Origin: Nitrosopumilaceae archaeon
GTDB lineage: Archaea > Thermoproteota > Nitrososphaeria > Nitrososphaerales > Nitrosopumilaceae
Assembly (NCBI GenBank): GCA_965207375.1
Contig: CBDBMG010000002.1
Span: 512,001-576,000, forward strand
Length of the DNA: 64,000 bases
Reading direction: 5' to 3'
The notes beneath the pieces are model-generated. The model did not search any database and was not told the origin of the DNA. It worked only from the letters and a program-made list of their open reading frames with translations. Numbering within the stretch: the first letter of the stretch is position 1; each line of letters starts with the position of its first letter. Below, piece after piece: positions 1-13,522 of the stretch. The position numbers were made by a program, and so were the translations under genes.

Positions 1-2129
1 TTAGATATTCATGAATATCTTTAGTTCTGAAAGGAGTATTTTAATTCTGTATGCTGTAAAAGATTCTACTGAATTCTGCATTTATGTTGTTTGTTAGTAT
101 AAATACAGCATAAATTATGATAAGACATATTGCAAAAAATCAGGCAATTTTTGTGTGACTAGCTACTTGCAGGCCTGGTCACATATTATAAGATGATGGC
201 TGTCTTTGTTCTTAGTAATTATTGGCATCACTAAAGGATATAGCTATACCATAAAAAGAAAATACGTAGAAACACAATACATAGCTAAGGCAATTGATTT
301 AACTTTTTGTGTGTTTTATTAGGATTTTTACAAGATTCTGCTAGATTGCAATTTGAACCATTGTTATGATCATATGTATTATTACTTTTCTGTCTCTCTT
401 TTAAATGCAAACAGCTGCAGGTAGCTACTTGATTTGTAAATATTTATGAAGCCATCAGTAACTGTCAATGTGATTATGTAATTATACAATAAGTGCTGCA
501 TGTGATATTTTGTAATTGTTGTTCCCAGCAAACTGTTCAAATGAAATGTTAGCTCACCTATTCAGGTATGTTCAAGGCTTTAGGCCACCTTTTAAACACT
601 TTAGTAAAACTGTATTTTTAGGGAATATAGGGATTAAAATTATGGAGCAAGTTCAAAGTGCATATACGTAGCTAGAGTTATATCTAGCTATTCATGAAAT
701 GTAATTATGCATGATAGCTGTTAGAATGGGTCGCTTTAGAATTTATTTTCATGCTCAAAATGAATCCTTGAGCTCGATCTCTACTGTAGCAATATTTATA
801 TACATTAGGACTGTGTGATAATAGAAAAGGTTACAATAAGTTAGATAATTATAAGTTGTGTTAAATTATCTCGATAAACAATATTATCTCGATAATGGTG
901 TCAACATGAACTTGCATTAGGTAGCTAACTGGACACCTCTACAGTAGCTATATGTTATTAGCCATTATCGTTATAATACTTTCTTATTGACTTAATGATA
1001 ATCATAGCATTGTTATTTTCAAGGCAAAACTGAAATGTGTGATTTGATCTGCCAGGTCCAGTGACATTCGAGATTTGAGACTTTGCAAACTCAGCTGAGT
1101 GTAGCTATCTGTCATGGCTTATGTACATTTGCAGATTGCAGAGCATGACATTGAAATACCGAAATTCCACTTTAAAAAGTAATACCGGTATTGTCATAGT
1201 AGCTACATAGCTATGATCAGTACATTTGCATTTTCATGTACGTATTTACATTACAGGTTTAAGACCCTTACCTGCCTTATGATTCATAATCTCAGTAAAC
1301 TATGGAAATTCACTGTCTAGTTTTTAAGTGAGTTGTAGTGGTAGTTATGATCAATGTTCCATAATTTATTATACATTTTCCTTCAGGGTTTACTGGTAAT
1401 AAAGCAGTTAGGCCAGGCAAAGTTGATTTGCAGTTTATCATCACCGCCTGCATCACTCCAAGCACTACCACCTCAAGTTTCATTGTGATAAGTTTACTCC
1501 AATAATTTTTGATTGATTTTCTAATCATCACATATTTTTGAGTGACTTTTGATAATTTTGTTCAAAAAGTGGATGTTTTGGTAAAAATTAATGACCTCCC
1601 ACCTGCATGCTTTTTTAAAAAGCCTTGATGATAAACTACAAATCAACTTTGCCTGGTCTTATGTAAAATTAGTCATCTGTAATTTTTCAGTTAACTATAC
1701 GCATTATTTTTTATTATTAAATACAGGAAAAAAGCACAGCCTGTGAATCCTGATCAAATACATAAATTAGTATAAATTACAATCATACATGAAAATTTTC
1801 CAGTGTTCATCCAATAAGGATTTAAATGAGGTAGCGTTTGACATGCCCCCTCACTGGTAACTTGTACTGAATTTATTAAATCTAATTTTACAATTGGATC
1901 AGTAATGCATTATTAAAATGGTTACGTCACTTATGTGTTGACCTCGTAAGTGGCTTGACCAGTCCCACATAGGAAAGTAGATGGGATATGGTACAACGGA
2001 GTCAAGGATGTCCATGGTGCACGTTGTAAATACAGTAGCTATTAGCTAATTGTAAATATATGGCTACATACTACATACCTAATGCAGACAGTTAATGTAC
2101 ACTAACTACATGTAGCTACTATGTATGTG

Positions 2130-3441
2130 CTACCAACCACAATTGGTGCAACGGATTTTCATTTCGATAACAGGAGGACTATACCATTTGTCCAAAAGTA
2201 CAAATCCAGAATGTACTCCAAAGTTGTGGTTGAGGTTGACACAATAGCATGAACTGTACATCCACCTGGTGCTTTACTACCATGTGCATTGGATGCACAA
2301 TTACCACTCTATATATCATTATCTTTATCATATGTACTGAACATTTGTCCATTTGATTTAGTGATAAAAGGATCAGTTGAAGTAATTCCAGTAAATCCGG
2401 ATATGTTTAGTCGATAATTGTCAGTTGCTGGTCCCACTGTAAAATTGTTATAGTGAAGGTAGCTAAGAGTTAGTCCAATTTGTGAAGGTAAAATCAATAC
2501 GTAGTTCCTATGTTCCTTTGATAGTTATATAATGCAGTGATCTCAGACCACACCAGAATTCTGAATGGAGATTCCCAAATACTCTTTTATAATTAACCAA
2601 GTTCTGTGAAAATTTTCATTGCCATGTAACTTTCTCCCCTTTGAATAGGCCTCAGTCAATTATGCTCAAAAATTTGCCTAAAGTGCTTTTGAAAATTTCC
2701 CAAAAAATTCCCCTATTATGCTCAGACTCCTTCCTATTATGCTCGATTATGCTAATGGTAGTTAATGTATAATAACAGCTGTTACCTATGTAGCTATGTA
2801 TATAAACACAATTATAGCTCTATTAACTATGTATACAGCTTTGAGCTATGTATAGCTATAGGTTAGTTGAATTCACTATGTATACAAACTATGTACTGAT
2901 TCACTGCTGTCAGTGGCTTAACTCACTACTACTACATAATCACCATCACTGACTCGCGTTAGGAACAATGACGCTGTTTGGAACAGCTGCTGCTGTGACA
3001 CTGGCACGCCATCTTGCAACAATTTACTGAAAATTACGATTTATTCCAGGATATTATCCCAAAATGCTGGCATAAAAGGTGAGCCTATTATGCCTTAAAT
3101 TATGCCGGCATATTTGACGGAGGCCTACCTTTGAATAACTAACCATCCTCCACCATCTGTGAAAGCATCACAATATCCTTGAATTATAGGTCCTTTAAAG
3201 CAAAAGTCAATAATGTTATAGACACCTGAATAAGTATTGTAGCTATGTGCTGAAGTGAGAAACATTTTTCACTGCAATATCACAGTAGCTCTCTATAATA
3301 GAACCATCAACCTTAGCACCATAGACTAGTCCAGGGGAATATATAGCTAGCACAGAAATTTGTCAGGGCATTGCTAATTTACTCCATTCAATTTGATGCT
3401 GTATAAATACACAGAAGCCCAAAATTGCCAATTTTTATCAT
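2130..3441 (-). pseudogene. Fibrinogen-related domain (FReD/ficolin-like) pseudogene interrupted by a MITE
   Basis: Minus-strand translation gives FReD motifs: AFTDGGGWLVIQR, ENFHRTW, EFWCGLRSLHYIT, NYRLNISGFTG...NGQMFSTYDKDND and C-terminal IEMKIR. It has frameshifts, a stop at ~2309 and a MITE inserted at the IQR codons. Confidence 0.88.
2646..3127. mobile_element. Non-autonomous hAT-type MITE
   Basis: ~20-bp TIRs TAGGCCTC(A/C)GTCAA(T/A)TATGC. Perfect 8-bp TSD CCTTTGAA at 2638-2645 and 3128-3135. Confidence 0.92.
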
Positions 3442-5215
3442 AGCATCAGCTTTATTGCCTGGGCCTGCATTTATATTGACTGCCTAATGCAATAATATTA
3501 TGGAGATATAAACCTACTAGAAGTTTGAGTGGTGTACCCTCAGTGTATTGTTATACACCTAATGTAACATTGCTATACGTAGTATAGGTATTAGATCCTA
3601 TAGCAATATACAGGTACGTACATGCATCGCTAAAATGTACGTATGTGCTACATAACTTAACATACGTAGTTGAATACTTAGTAAAATTACACATACAAAG
3701 CTAATATTAGTGGTTCCTATAATATAGCCGGCATCATACTTTAGTTTGTCAGTGGGTATACTTTCTATACTGTTCCATATTTGCTTATCTACAACACAGA
3801 TATGATTGCATACCTTCATACTATTGCATAGCTATACATACACAGCTACATGTACCGTATACCAATAGCACAAAATTTTCAATTTTTAACATTTTGGGAT
3901 GGATTTCAGCTAGACCATGCATCAACAGTTTCATTTGCAAAGCAAGTATTTTAAATAATGACCATCCATCAATTTTTCTCTTGTCAAATATTTGAAGATG
4001 CATGCAGTATCTGTCAAAAGTTCTGTCTATCAAATTTTGTTCTATACCATATCAGATAAACCAGACACTTAATAACATTGGTTATTTAAGCTGATAGCTA
4101 ATAGCTCCATAGCTCCATAATATAGCTAGCTATGTAGTTAACACTTACGTACATACTATAGTTAATTGAATACCATGGACTGCCTTTATATATGTATACA
4201 GTATGTAATTTAAATAATGAAATAGCTACATAGGATTTTTACACTTATTACTGAAAAATTATAAATTATATAGCTACATATGTATTTATTTAATTGGTCA
4301 TTGAATTCCCTATTTTTAAATTATAATATACACATATAATTATGCAATTGAATGTACAGTATAGGCATGCGTCGGATAATTTTGGATATAAAAAGAATCA
4401 AGAATATTGGAATAATAGGGCTAATTTAAAGCATACTATGTACATCAGTGATATAAAACTTCCAATCTGGTGTAAAATACACAAGCCTTACCTTTAGACA
4501 CTCTAGTATCCTCTGATAATCAATATAGCTACAAGGGTGGCCAAATAAGCAAGGCAGTACACACAAGTGTAGTGGGATGCTTGTATGAAAGAATTTAGTG
4601 AACCTTCCCATAGTTAGTCCTTATGGTCAGTGGTTTATAGAGACCTACAATAACTCTTTCTACAAGCTATGCCATGTTATCACTTTCAAATATGTACCAT
4701 GCATGTGGTGGTCAGATCAACTACCGTATACGACAAAACAATCGAGGGGGAAAACTTTTGCGGTTAGCTATAGAGCAAATATGGAAATCGATGGGAAAAC
4801 TTTCACGGTAGAAGCTTCTTGTAATAATAAATGCCTAGTCTAGAGTAAGCCACTGATATTCAACCACCATGAATGTTCGGCCACCCATACAGCTTTATCA
4901 CTCTGTACAATTCTTTTAGTTTTGATTTCAAAAGAAGCCTTGGGACTATGGCATGCCACGGTACTTTTCATTTCACGTTACTCAAAAAGGCGTGGCTGCC
5001 ACGACCCATCAAAATGATGTCGGAAAGGCATCTTTTTTGGTCAAAAATATTTATTTTCAGATTGCTCTCGCCATCTCGTAAAAGAAAATCGTGCACATTA
5101 CCTAGGCCACACAACTGTTAGAGTAGATCTCAAGGATTTATCAGCCCAAAGTTTAGTATGTATTTCTTGTTTGTCTTCTCGTTATAGCCAGGTAAGTCTA
5201 ACCTATACAGCCTAT

Positions 5216-5651
5216 TAGGCCTGAGCCAATTATGCTTTTAGAATTACCTATTATGCTTTTGAGCATAATTCCCAAAACAAGCCTATTATGCTTAAAATTA
5301 TACTCTGGAATTCTCAGTGATAATGTGAAATTTAATAGGCTAAATTAATATTTTATATGAAGAAGATTCATGTTGGTTTTTTTGCACTCATTATCATCAG
5401 ATATACATTTACATTATGACTCCTATAATGTATTTTGTTGAATTCATTACTTTTAATCATTGTATTCATCACATACCTAATTTGATAAAAATTACTGTAG
5501 ATTCACTCAAAATTTCAGTAGTCACTTTCAACATTCATGCCTTTGTGGCATGCCTTGCACAAAAAGTTTACCTATTATGCTGGCATTATGCTCGATGCTT
5601 TTACCATCCTATTATGCTCTAAATTATGCTGGCATAATTGGCTCAGGCCTA
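5216..5651. mobile_element. Non-autonomous hAT-type MITE (same TATTATGC-rich family)
   Basis: Perfect TIR TAGGCCTGAGCCAATTATGC. 8-bp TSD CAGCCTAT at 5208-5215 and 5652-5659. Confidence 0.93.
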
Positions 5652-6699
5652 CAGCCTATCAAAATTCGGACAATTCTGTTTCAAAGAAAACTCAACACCT
5701 AGCGGTTTCCGCAAAAGCTATCTAGGGTAATGACTTATTCTGCAGTGTATTTTCTTTGTACAGCAGCTTTTATTAGGAAACACTGTCCAAGGATCAAGGT
5801 TATTTTAACCATAGTAGCTTACTGAGCTGTATCATAATGATATAGCTAAATACGTACGCACTCATACTTTATTCCGAGCTTTATTCACATAATTTTGATC
5901 ATGATTAGGCCTCTCTTTCTTCCTGCTGGCCGGAAGAGTTTCGACATAAAGGAACGCAGCAGTAATTCCCTCGCCAGGCCTTTTCCTTTGGCTTTGGTAG
6001 GGAAACAGTTTTCGCAACCGAGGGCCTGGCGGCAATGGTTTCGTCAGAAAACAACCCTACACAATGTAAAAAACTCCGTTAAAGTAGCCAATAATTTAGC
6101 TCTGCAAAACCCACTACTGTACCTGATTGCTGCTGTTCGCTATCGTCATCGTGTGCCGAGGAATACAACAAACTACTCCTGACTTCCATTAGCGCCTGTA
6201 CTCGAAAATATTAAAGTCCCCCAATAGGGCCTCCATTTTTATTTTGTGACGTCATTGCGGATAAAGCTTATTATATGTTATCTAGGCTTGTGGTAAGTTT
6301 GATTACATTAAATATATGTGGTGTGAGTTTACTATGTTTATGGCTACAGTTACCAGTCTAGTGTATTATTAATTGCTTTTATAGAAACCTGTTACAGCTG
6401 CCGTATTGCATATGGCTTTATGTTAGTTTAGTGCTTTATATACACTGTATATAATCATATACGCTGTATTTATAGCATAGATATTTATGGTTGTAGCAAC
6501 AACATTCATTGTAGCTCCACTTAGAATGCAGACCATGTAGTGTAAATAGTTTGTTTTTTCCTGTGATTCAGTAAGTATGAACTGCGACCTATGGCTTAAT
6601 ATGACAAAACTAATCCGCTAGGTGATAGATTCGTTATGACTGTACTTGGTTGTAGGTCATCGTTGCTAGTAATAATTTATAATTTAATATATTGTGTAG

Positions 6700-8821
6700 G
6701 AAGTGTTCCCATTGATAAGATACCTAAAATACCCAAGTTCAGTGCTATTAACAATAGTGATGACACATCAAGACGATTACAGAGACACAATTCACAAGAC
6801 AACAGTGACACAGGGTGTAGCGCTGGTGTTGCAGCAAAATCAAAGAGTTCCAAATCAAGGCAACAACCACACAAGTCAAAAGACTTCTCATAAATTCAGT
6901 TATACTCCTATCAGGCCTAAGAACACAACCAAATCTAAAGGCCAAGTATTAACATCGGCAAACAAGAAGCTTCCATCTCCTGTCAGCGACAGCTCACAGC
7001 AACAACAAAATGAACACAGAAGAACAACTAACACTGTCAAGCCAACATCAGCAAGCTCTTCATTTAGCAGCAATGTTTCAAGCAGTGATATAATAAGTGT
7101 AGTAGACAACTCATCTACTTTGGATGCAACCACTAACAATGTCAAGAATGTACCATCACTGACCTCTTTACCCAGTAAAGTTTCAAGCAATGATAGAATA
7201 AGTACAGTAGATAGACCAGCTTATTTGGATGTAACCACTTTTACCCTTTCACTTGATCCTTCAAATTTTTCAGATACAGACACAGATGCTTCAGCATCTA
7301 GTGCAGGTGATAACAGAAGGTTAGGAAGTGGTGTTATTTGAGCTGTGGTAATTAAGATATAATATTTGTTATGCAGGTTGGCAAACTTGGGTGACCAGCC
7401 ATCCCCAGTGAGCTGTCACAGTGTGGAGGTAGCAGTTGGTTGTCAGGATGTCATCCAGTCATCTGTAGCAGTTCAGTGTAGTATGGAGGATGATGTATGT
7501 ATCAGCATGTACTGTGTATTCATAACAACACAAGTTTATAATTTGTTTAATAATCTTATTAATGTTAAACTGAAACTTTTAAGGATGGCTGCACTTATTT
7601 GGAAATGCTAATTGCAATGGAGTCAGTTGGTCAGTGAAGCCATTCAATGCTTACCTCTTTGGAATGTTGCTTAGCCTGTGGCCCTGTGGTTTAATATCTA
7701 TTGTGTGTGTGCACTCCTAAGGTGGTCACCTCAGTGGTCTACACCAGTAATCTAATAATAGTAGCCTGCAGCTGTTGTTTGTCAGGTGATGTTAGCTGCA
7801 CAAGTCGATACATTTTTGTTTGTGTAGGAGCTGGAGAAAACGGTAGTGTTATGCCATGAGCAGCTGGATAAACTCAAGAAGACATCTGCTGGTATAACAG
7901 AGAGGGAGAGCCGTAATAACGAGCTGCTTCTAGAGAATACCAAATTGAAGAAATTACTCCATAAGGTACAGATTGAAATGAGACAGTTGAAAAAGGTACA
8001 ATCAACTACTTTGTGTTGTTATGTTAGGTAACACTTTGTATATTGTTGATCAGGTCATTAGCACTGTAAAACATGATGCTGCAAAACAAGATGCTGCTAC
8101 ACAGGTTGATCCTGACATAGACAGGATTACAGTTCAGGTATAAGCATTATATCAGAAGTAATTTCAGTTGCCATTACTGCAGGATGAGGTGCAGCAGCCA
8201 GTAGTACAAACTGACAGACAGACAGATTCTCCTAAATCTTCAAGAAGCTTGCACAAGCGATCATCCTCCACCATTGGTGAGGATCCAACTTATGAGCCAT
8301 CCAAGAAGAAGAGGAAAAGGAAGAAAATAAAACTATCTTCACCAACTGAAGCTAAAGAGAAAACAGAAGCAGCAGCTAGTCCAGAGAATTCACATGTTGA
8401 TGCAATTACTGCATCTCCTCCGGAGAGTGAAGAGCCTGTTGACATAGAGGTTATTGAGAATGAATACCATGTTACAAAATTAGTGGAGGATGCAGGTGAA
8501 ACAGCAAATAAAGAAAATGACAGTACACTTCTAGCTGTTGATGGTGATAATGCCTCTGGTTCACTGGATGTATCTGCTTTGATGGAGGGTGCAGTTTTGG
8601 ATAGTAACAATTCTAATAATGCAGTCACTGACAGTACTGCTGCTACTTCACCAGTTGCAAATGATTGCACTAAAGCCTCACCCACTAATGGTATTAGCGT
8701 AGCTACACCCACCTGTTCAGCCAATCAGAATACAGTAACAAGTAACAATGCAGTAGCTGAAAGTCTACCACCTTTTAGTGCAATTCCATCTGATTGTGCA
8801 ACTACTGTTATACAGCTCTAA
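6700..8821 (+). pseudogene. Multi-exon low-complexity Ser/Thr-rich protein with coiled coil and basic NLS; probably frameshifted or truncated
   Basis: GT-AG bounded coding blocks at ~6700-7319, 7377-7494, 7829-7995, 8054-8137 and ~8170-8821. Coiled-coil exon (ELLLENTKLKKLLHKVQIEMRQLKK), KKKRKRKKIK motif and an apparent frame switch near 6885. Confidence 0.55.
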
Positions 8822-8844
8822 TACATACACACAGTAATATGTTA

Positions 8845-9047
8845 CCGTATAGCAGGTTAATTTCGAGGATTAAAATTTTCGAGGTTGAGCAGTTTTGTAA
8901 TAATTCGCGGATTTAATTTCGTGGAAACCATACTGCATATACATTATAATATTTATATTAAAATATTCGAGGTTTAATTTTCGAGGTGTGTCAAAAATCC
9001 ACGAAAACAGCGAAATATAATTCCCTCGAAAATTTCCGGCTATACGG
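8845..9047. mobile_element. Tc1/mariner-pogo-type MITE
   Basis: Termini CCGTATAGC...GCTATACGG flanked by TA on both sides; internal TTTCGAGG repeats. Confidence 0.85.
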
Positions 9048-9229
9048 TAGTGCTATCTTATGGGGTATAGAGATTGACAACATTACTTTCTCTAATTAAA
9101 CATACATTGTATATTGAATCACAAGTCTTTACCATTCGCCTACGGACAATGGAAACAACACATATACACAATTAAGGATTCTAATTAGTAAATTATTAGA
9201 TGGTTAACTACGTAAGTATCTATTATGCA

Positions 9230-10350
9230 GTTTAAGTAACAAAGAAGTCACTGATTACAATGGCTATGTACGTATCTTCTGACTTGTAAGTAAGCATCAA
9301 TACCATAGTCACCAGTTGCATCTGGAGAATCTATCAAGTAACCACCTACCAAAGTATTCAACTCAGCATATTGCTGTGAACTCAAAGGATTATTGGTATC
9401 AATATTTGGCAAATCAAGCAACTCAGAATGTAAGAAATACTCGGAAGGTTTGGATAATCAATTGGCGTTTCCAAATAAAATGCCACATGTATACAATTGT
9501 ATTGGCGTCTTGTTGTTTTCAGACGTTAAGGCATGATTATTCCATCCAGTCATGAAAATTCGTTTATCTTTTGCAATGAAGACAGAATAGATCCAATTCT
9601 GAAGCTGGATCAAGAATTCCATTATCTTCCAAATGATAAAATATTTGATAAAACACTGAAAGTACACATCTGTATGTGTCTCTCCACAAACGTTCTACTC
9701 TTTGGTTATGGACAGATGAGCCAGTTATCATAGGATTCCCATGAATCAGCATATATTCAGCAACCTAAATATGCACAGTATATTTAACATAAAAAGAAGC
9801 AATTGCAAGTTAATTGTTCACAAAAGGCAATACAATAGTGACAATTATAGTGATCAAAAACTTCAGCTAAATAGCTAGCTATGTAAGCTAAATCTATAGT
9901 TAGATGGACTAGGTAGCTATGTAGCTAAATACATGCTCTTATATAGCTATCTACCTTGATATTATCACCCCCCTTATCATTTCTGACACGATCTGGAAGG
10001 CCATAATCTCTGACTGCACCCTCAAACAAATGAAACACTGTTTCACTCCTGTTGTTATTCGAACAACACAAATACACAATAAATCGAGAGAAACTGTCTA
10101 TCCCACTATGCACTACCAGCCTCCACCTACACAGAACAATTATTATAGTGACTTTTAAAAACCTTGTTCTATGTAGCTACCTTATTAATTTGTGGTTCCC
10201 ATCTATATGCCATAGGGCATTTGGGTAAATAACTGAGTACACCCTTCTTCTAATGGGAGATGCCCATCGTAAAGCTGAATTTATTGGATCTACTTCAGAT
10301 AAACATTCACGTAATCTAATGGTGGACACATGGATATGTATTTTCATATC
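9230..10350 (-). pseudogene. Integrase-core (RNase H-fold DDE, rve/rva_4-like) transposase pseudogene, 5'-truncated, three exons
   Basis: Spliced motifs RRRVYSV..PNALWHIDGNHKLIR | W..VVHSGIDSFSRFIVYL..SNNNRSETV...YGLPDRVRNDKGGDN | ITGSSVHNQRVERLWRD. Frameshifts follow in the last exon. Confidence 0.85.
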
Positions 10351-10467
10351 AGAGTCAATTAAGGAGGTGTTTACCATGGTAGAATTTTCTGAAAGAGGAA
10401 CCATTCATCGTCCTTTAGAAGAACAGACCTATGTGTTTTTTAAAGAATTTTTAGAGGAATGTGAAGG
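10351..10467 (+). pseudogene. Isolated exon fragment resembling a HECT-type (G2E3-like) ubiquitin ligase
   Basis: ESIKEVFTMVEFSERGTIHRPLEEQTYVFFKEFLEECEG followed by a GT donor. It resembles the FSExG..R..EE....F..FL..CE segment of G2E3-like HECT domains, but is short and judged by eye. Confidence 0.4.
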
Positions 10468-10938
10468 TATATAGCTACCTATCATTTGTACATGCATGTC
10501 ATTTTATAGGCATTCCAATGCATGCACGTGACTTAAAGGGAACCACAGGGCAACAAATCTCATGTTCCTTTTTGCACCAGGGCAACATCATGATGCATGT
10601 ACTTGGGGCAATATCATGATGTTGCCTGGGAAGGTGGTATGCCTTTTGTTTGATCTTGTACAACTGTTGTTTGATCTAAGCTAAAGGTTCCCACTCTTAT
10701 TTGTAGGTAATAATTTCTGCATTTGTTTTATACAGAGACTTGTTGTAGGTTTGAATAAACATCAGTTTTATGATGCAACAATACGACATTGCAATCTTGA
10801 GCTGATGTTTGGCCATGCATGATTTAGTGTTGCATAACAGTGATTTGCCTGATATGTATACCCTCGTCCTTTGAAATTTGGGTGTACACTCATGTCCATG
10901 TTATAATTAATAAATGTACGTATACCACTAACAAATAT

Positions 10939-11856
10939 TTAATCCACTTCATAACTTGAATTGTTTATAATTATATTACTACACAGATAAGAAAGAAGAG
11001 GCTGGCTGTAGCTATACTCTGGAAGACATTCTGGTGTTTTTTTCTGGTGCTGAAAGGGTACCGCCTTATGGGTTTGGTGATACATCTCCTTCACTTGTGT
11101 TCTTTTTCTGCCTGGTAGTTTCTTTGCTTTTGTTGTTTGAGTTTCTTCTATCTCATGCAATGGCAAAAGGGAATGATCATCAATTGTATCTTTCCCTGGA
11201 GAAAGGGAATCGTCACTAGTTACTTCTTTCCCTGAAGAAAGGGAATCGTCGTTAGTTACTTCTTTCCCTGGAGAAAGGGAATCGTCATTAGCCACTTCTT
11301 TCCCTGTAGAAAGGGAATCGTCATTAGCCACTTTTTTCCCTGTAGAAAGGGAATCATCATTAGCCACTTCTTTCCCTGAAAAAAGGGAATCGTCTACTTC
11401 TTTCCCTGGAGAAAGGGAATCGTCATTAGCCACTTCTTTCCCTGTAGAAAGGGAATCATCATTAGTCACTTTTTTCCCTGTAGAAAGGGAATCATCATTA
11501 GCCACTTCTTTCCCTGAAGAAAGGGAATCGTCTACTTCTTTCCCTGGAGAAAGGGAATTGTCTACTTCTTTCCCTGGAGAAAGGAAATCGTCATTAGTCA
11601 CTTCTTTCCCTGGAGAAAGGGAATCGTCTACTTCTTTCCCTGGAGAAAGGGAATCATCATTGGTTACTTCTTTTCCCGGAGAAACGGAATCGTCATTAGT
11701 TGCATCTTTCCCTTGCAACAGTGGCTGATCATTAGTTACTTTGTCCCCTTGTATCACCAAAAGAGGCTCGTCATCAACGGTTTTTTCCTTTTGTGTCACT
11801 GACAGGGAGCTGTGAGCAGGTTTAGAACTTTTTTGCTGTAAATCTGGTTTGAATTC
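10939..11856 (-). CDS. Exon encoding an acidic repeat protein with ~15 DDSLS(P/S/T)GKEV(T/A)N units
   Basis: Open 312-codon frame with a TTTTACAG acceptor near 11857. The 36-bp and 30-bp tandem units (~11195-11710) keep the frame. Confidence 0.6.
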   Translation of the reverse strand, partial: EFKPDLQQKSSKPAHSSLSVTQKEKTVDDEPLLVIQGDKVTNDQPLLQGKDATNDDSVSPGKEVTNDDSLSPGKEVDDSLSPGKEVTNDDFLSPGKEVDNSLSPGKEVDDSLSSGKEVANDDSLSTGKKVTNDDSLSTGKEVANDDSLSPGKEVDDSLFSGKEVANDDSLSTGKKVANDDSLSTGKEVANDDSLSPGKEVTNDDSLSSGKEVTSDDSLSPGKDTIDDHSLLPLHEIEETQTTKAKKLPGRKRTQVKEMYHQTHKAVPFQHQKKTPECLPEYSYSQPLLSYLCSNIIINNSSYEVD

Positions 11857-13522
11857 TGTAAAATACACATATTTCATTGTAAAACTGATTTAAACTACAA
11901 AAATAGCGATTTCAGTACATACAGCATAACAATTATAGCTACGAGTGGAACTGAACATTACATATATATTATTTTTAAAAGTATGTAGCTAGTGTGTGTA
12001 AAACCTGTAGAATTGCAGGATGGGTGGAATATAAACATGCAAAATGTACGTAGCTTATTTCGTGCATTTGTGATAGACTATGAAATCGAGTGTGAATATT
12101 TGTACATATATGTAGGTCTCAGTTTATGCATATTGATATATGTATAGTGTCCAACTCTTAGTATACATACTCTCTCAAAGCTGCACTTGTCATAAATGTG
12201 TAGCTATAGTGAAAATAGATGTTTTAATATCTTTGTATGCTTGCCTTATGAACACATAGTACTGAAATCTGATTGCCCTACGTATACATACATAGGTAAA
12301 ATTAATTGTATATGAAATGATTATAGCCATTGGGTTTAGTGTACAGTATGCAATATGGCATTGCATCATGCCATAGCTATTTGCTTTAGTATGTACAGTG
12401 TATATTCAGAACTAACGTGTGTGTACAAATAATGGATCGTGGATGTGATAAAGTGCCTATAGCATATCTGGAAACTTATTTCTATATATGTTTACCTACA
12501 AAGACCACTATGAGTTGTGCTTCCTTCTATAGCATTCAGCTGATACCTCATAAGCATTTAATAACTCATGGATGGAAAGGACTTTAAATTTGTGTCACCT
12601 GCAATAGTACTCTGCTAGTCAACCCACTTGAAAGCTCTTCACATTATTTTAATGACATTTCACTCGGCCTTACAATGTTCAGTTTAAAACATACTTCCTC
12701 CTTAAAGTTCAGGCTCTGACATGTTGCTTTTCAAACCTTCAGTGGAGCCAAGCAACATAGCTATGTCTGCTCTTCATACTTTTGCTATCATTATTATTTA
12801 TGATAACTTTATCTAACAAGCTAAACAGTATTTATTCAGCAAAAACACACTCGGGGTATCAGCTCAACACAAATGTACTACAGGAAAACAATATTATGCA
12901 TGCTGCATAGTTAGTCATATCAAATTTTGTGAAGTAGCCAAAATATCCTACAGTAGTAATTCAAAAAATTGCTAGATACGAGTGACTTTTCCATAAAAGT
13001 ATTCTGTCCCAGTGAAGGAGTTAGACAGACATCACCATGTGTTATTTAAAATGATGAATGTGCGTAGGAGGAAATGATGAATCTATGCAAGTATGGAGAA
13101 GCAAACCAGATGCAGTGCTTAATGTTTGTAATTTTTATAATTACACCACTTTGGTTGCTTCTTGTTGCATGAATTCTATAGAATACACTGCTAGAGATGA
13201 GCCAGACGATGGTTTAAAGGCTACGATTCACACTGGTAGTACTCCAGAAAAGTTTAGTTATTATCCTTGTCCTCAACTTTGCTATAATTCCAGGATGCTA
13301 TTACAAAACCTTGTCTTCACAAAAATACAAGAACACACTGTAAGTTTTCTAGCAGACATATTTACGAGGTTAGGCTTGATCTGCAATTTTCTGGAGCTTA
13401 TAGCTACATTTAACCTGCTATGCAGCATGCTTGTAAGTCTAGTAGTTTGGCAATTATACCTATGTAATAGAGGTGCAACAATACATGATTTGGGTGTATT
13501 GATATATTGCCGCTTTTGTATC

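Noticed and set aside
5895-6260. 95-aa ORF and a TGACGTCA (CRE) site as a defined promoter
   Set aside because: The region is CpG-richer and promoter-like, but a single 8-mer is not enough evidence and the ORF has no homology cues.
6900-8724. Minus-strand ORFs 6900-7190 and 8290-8724
   Set aside because: Antisense shadows of the plus-strand low-complexity exons.
11190-11710. CRISPR-like array
   Set aside because: Contiguous degenerate units without unique spacers, in a eukaryotic context with no cas genes.
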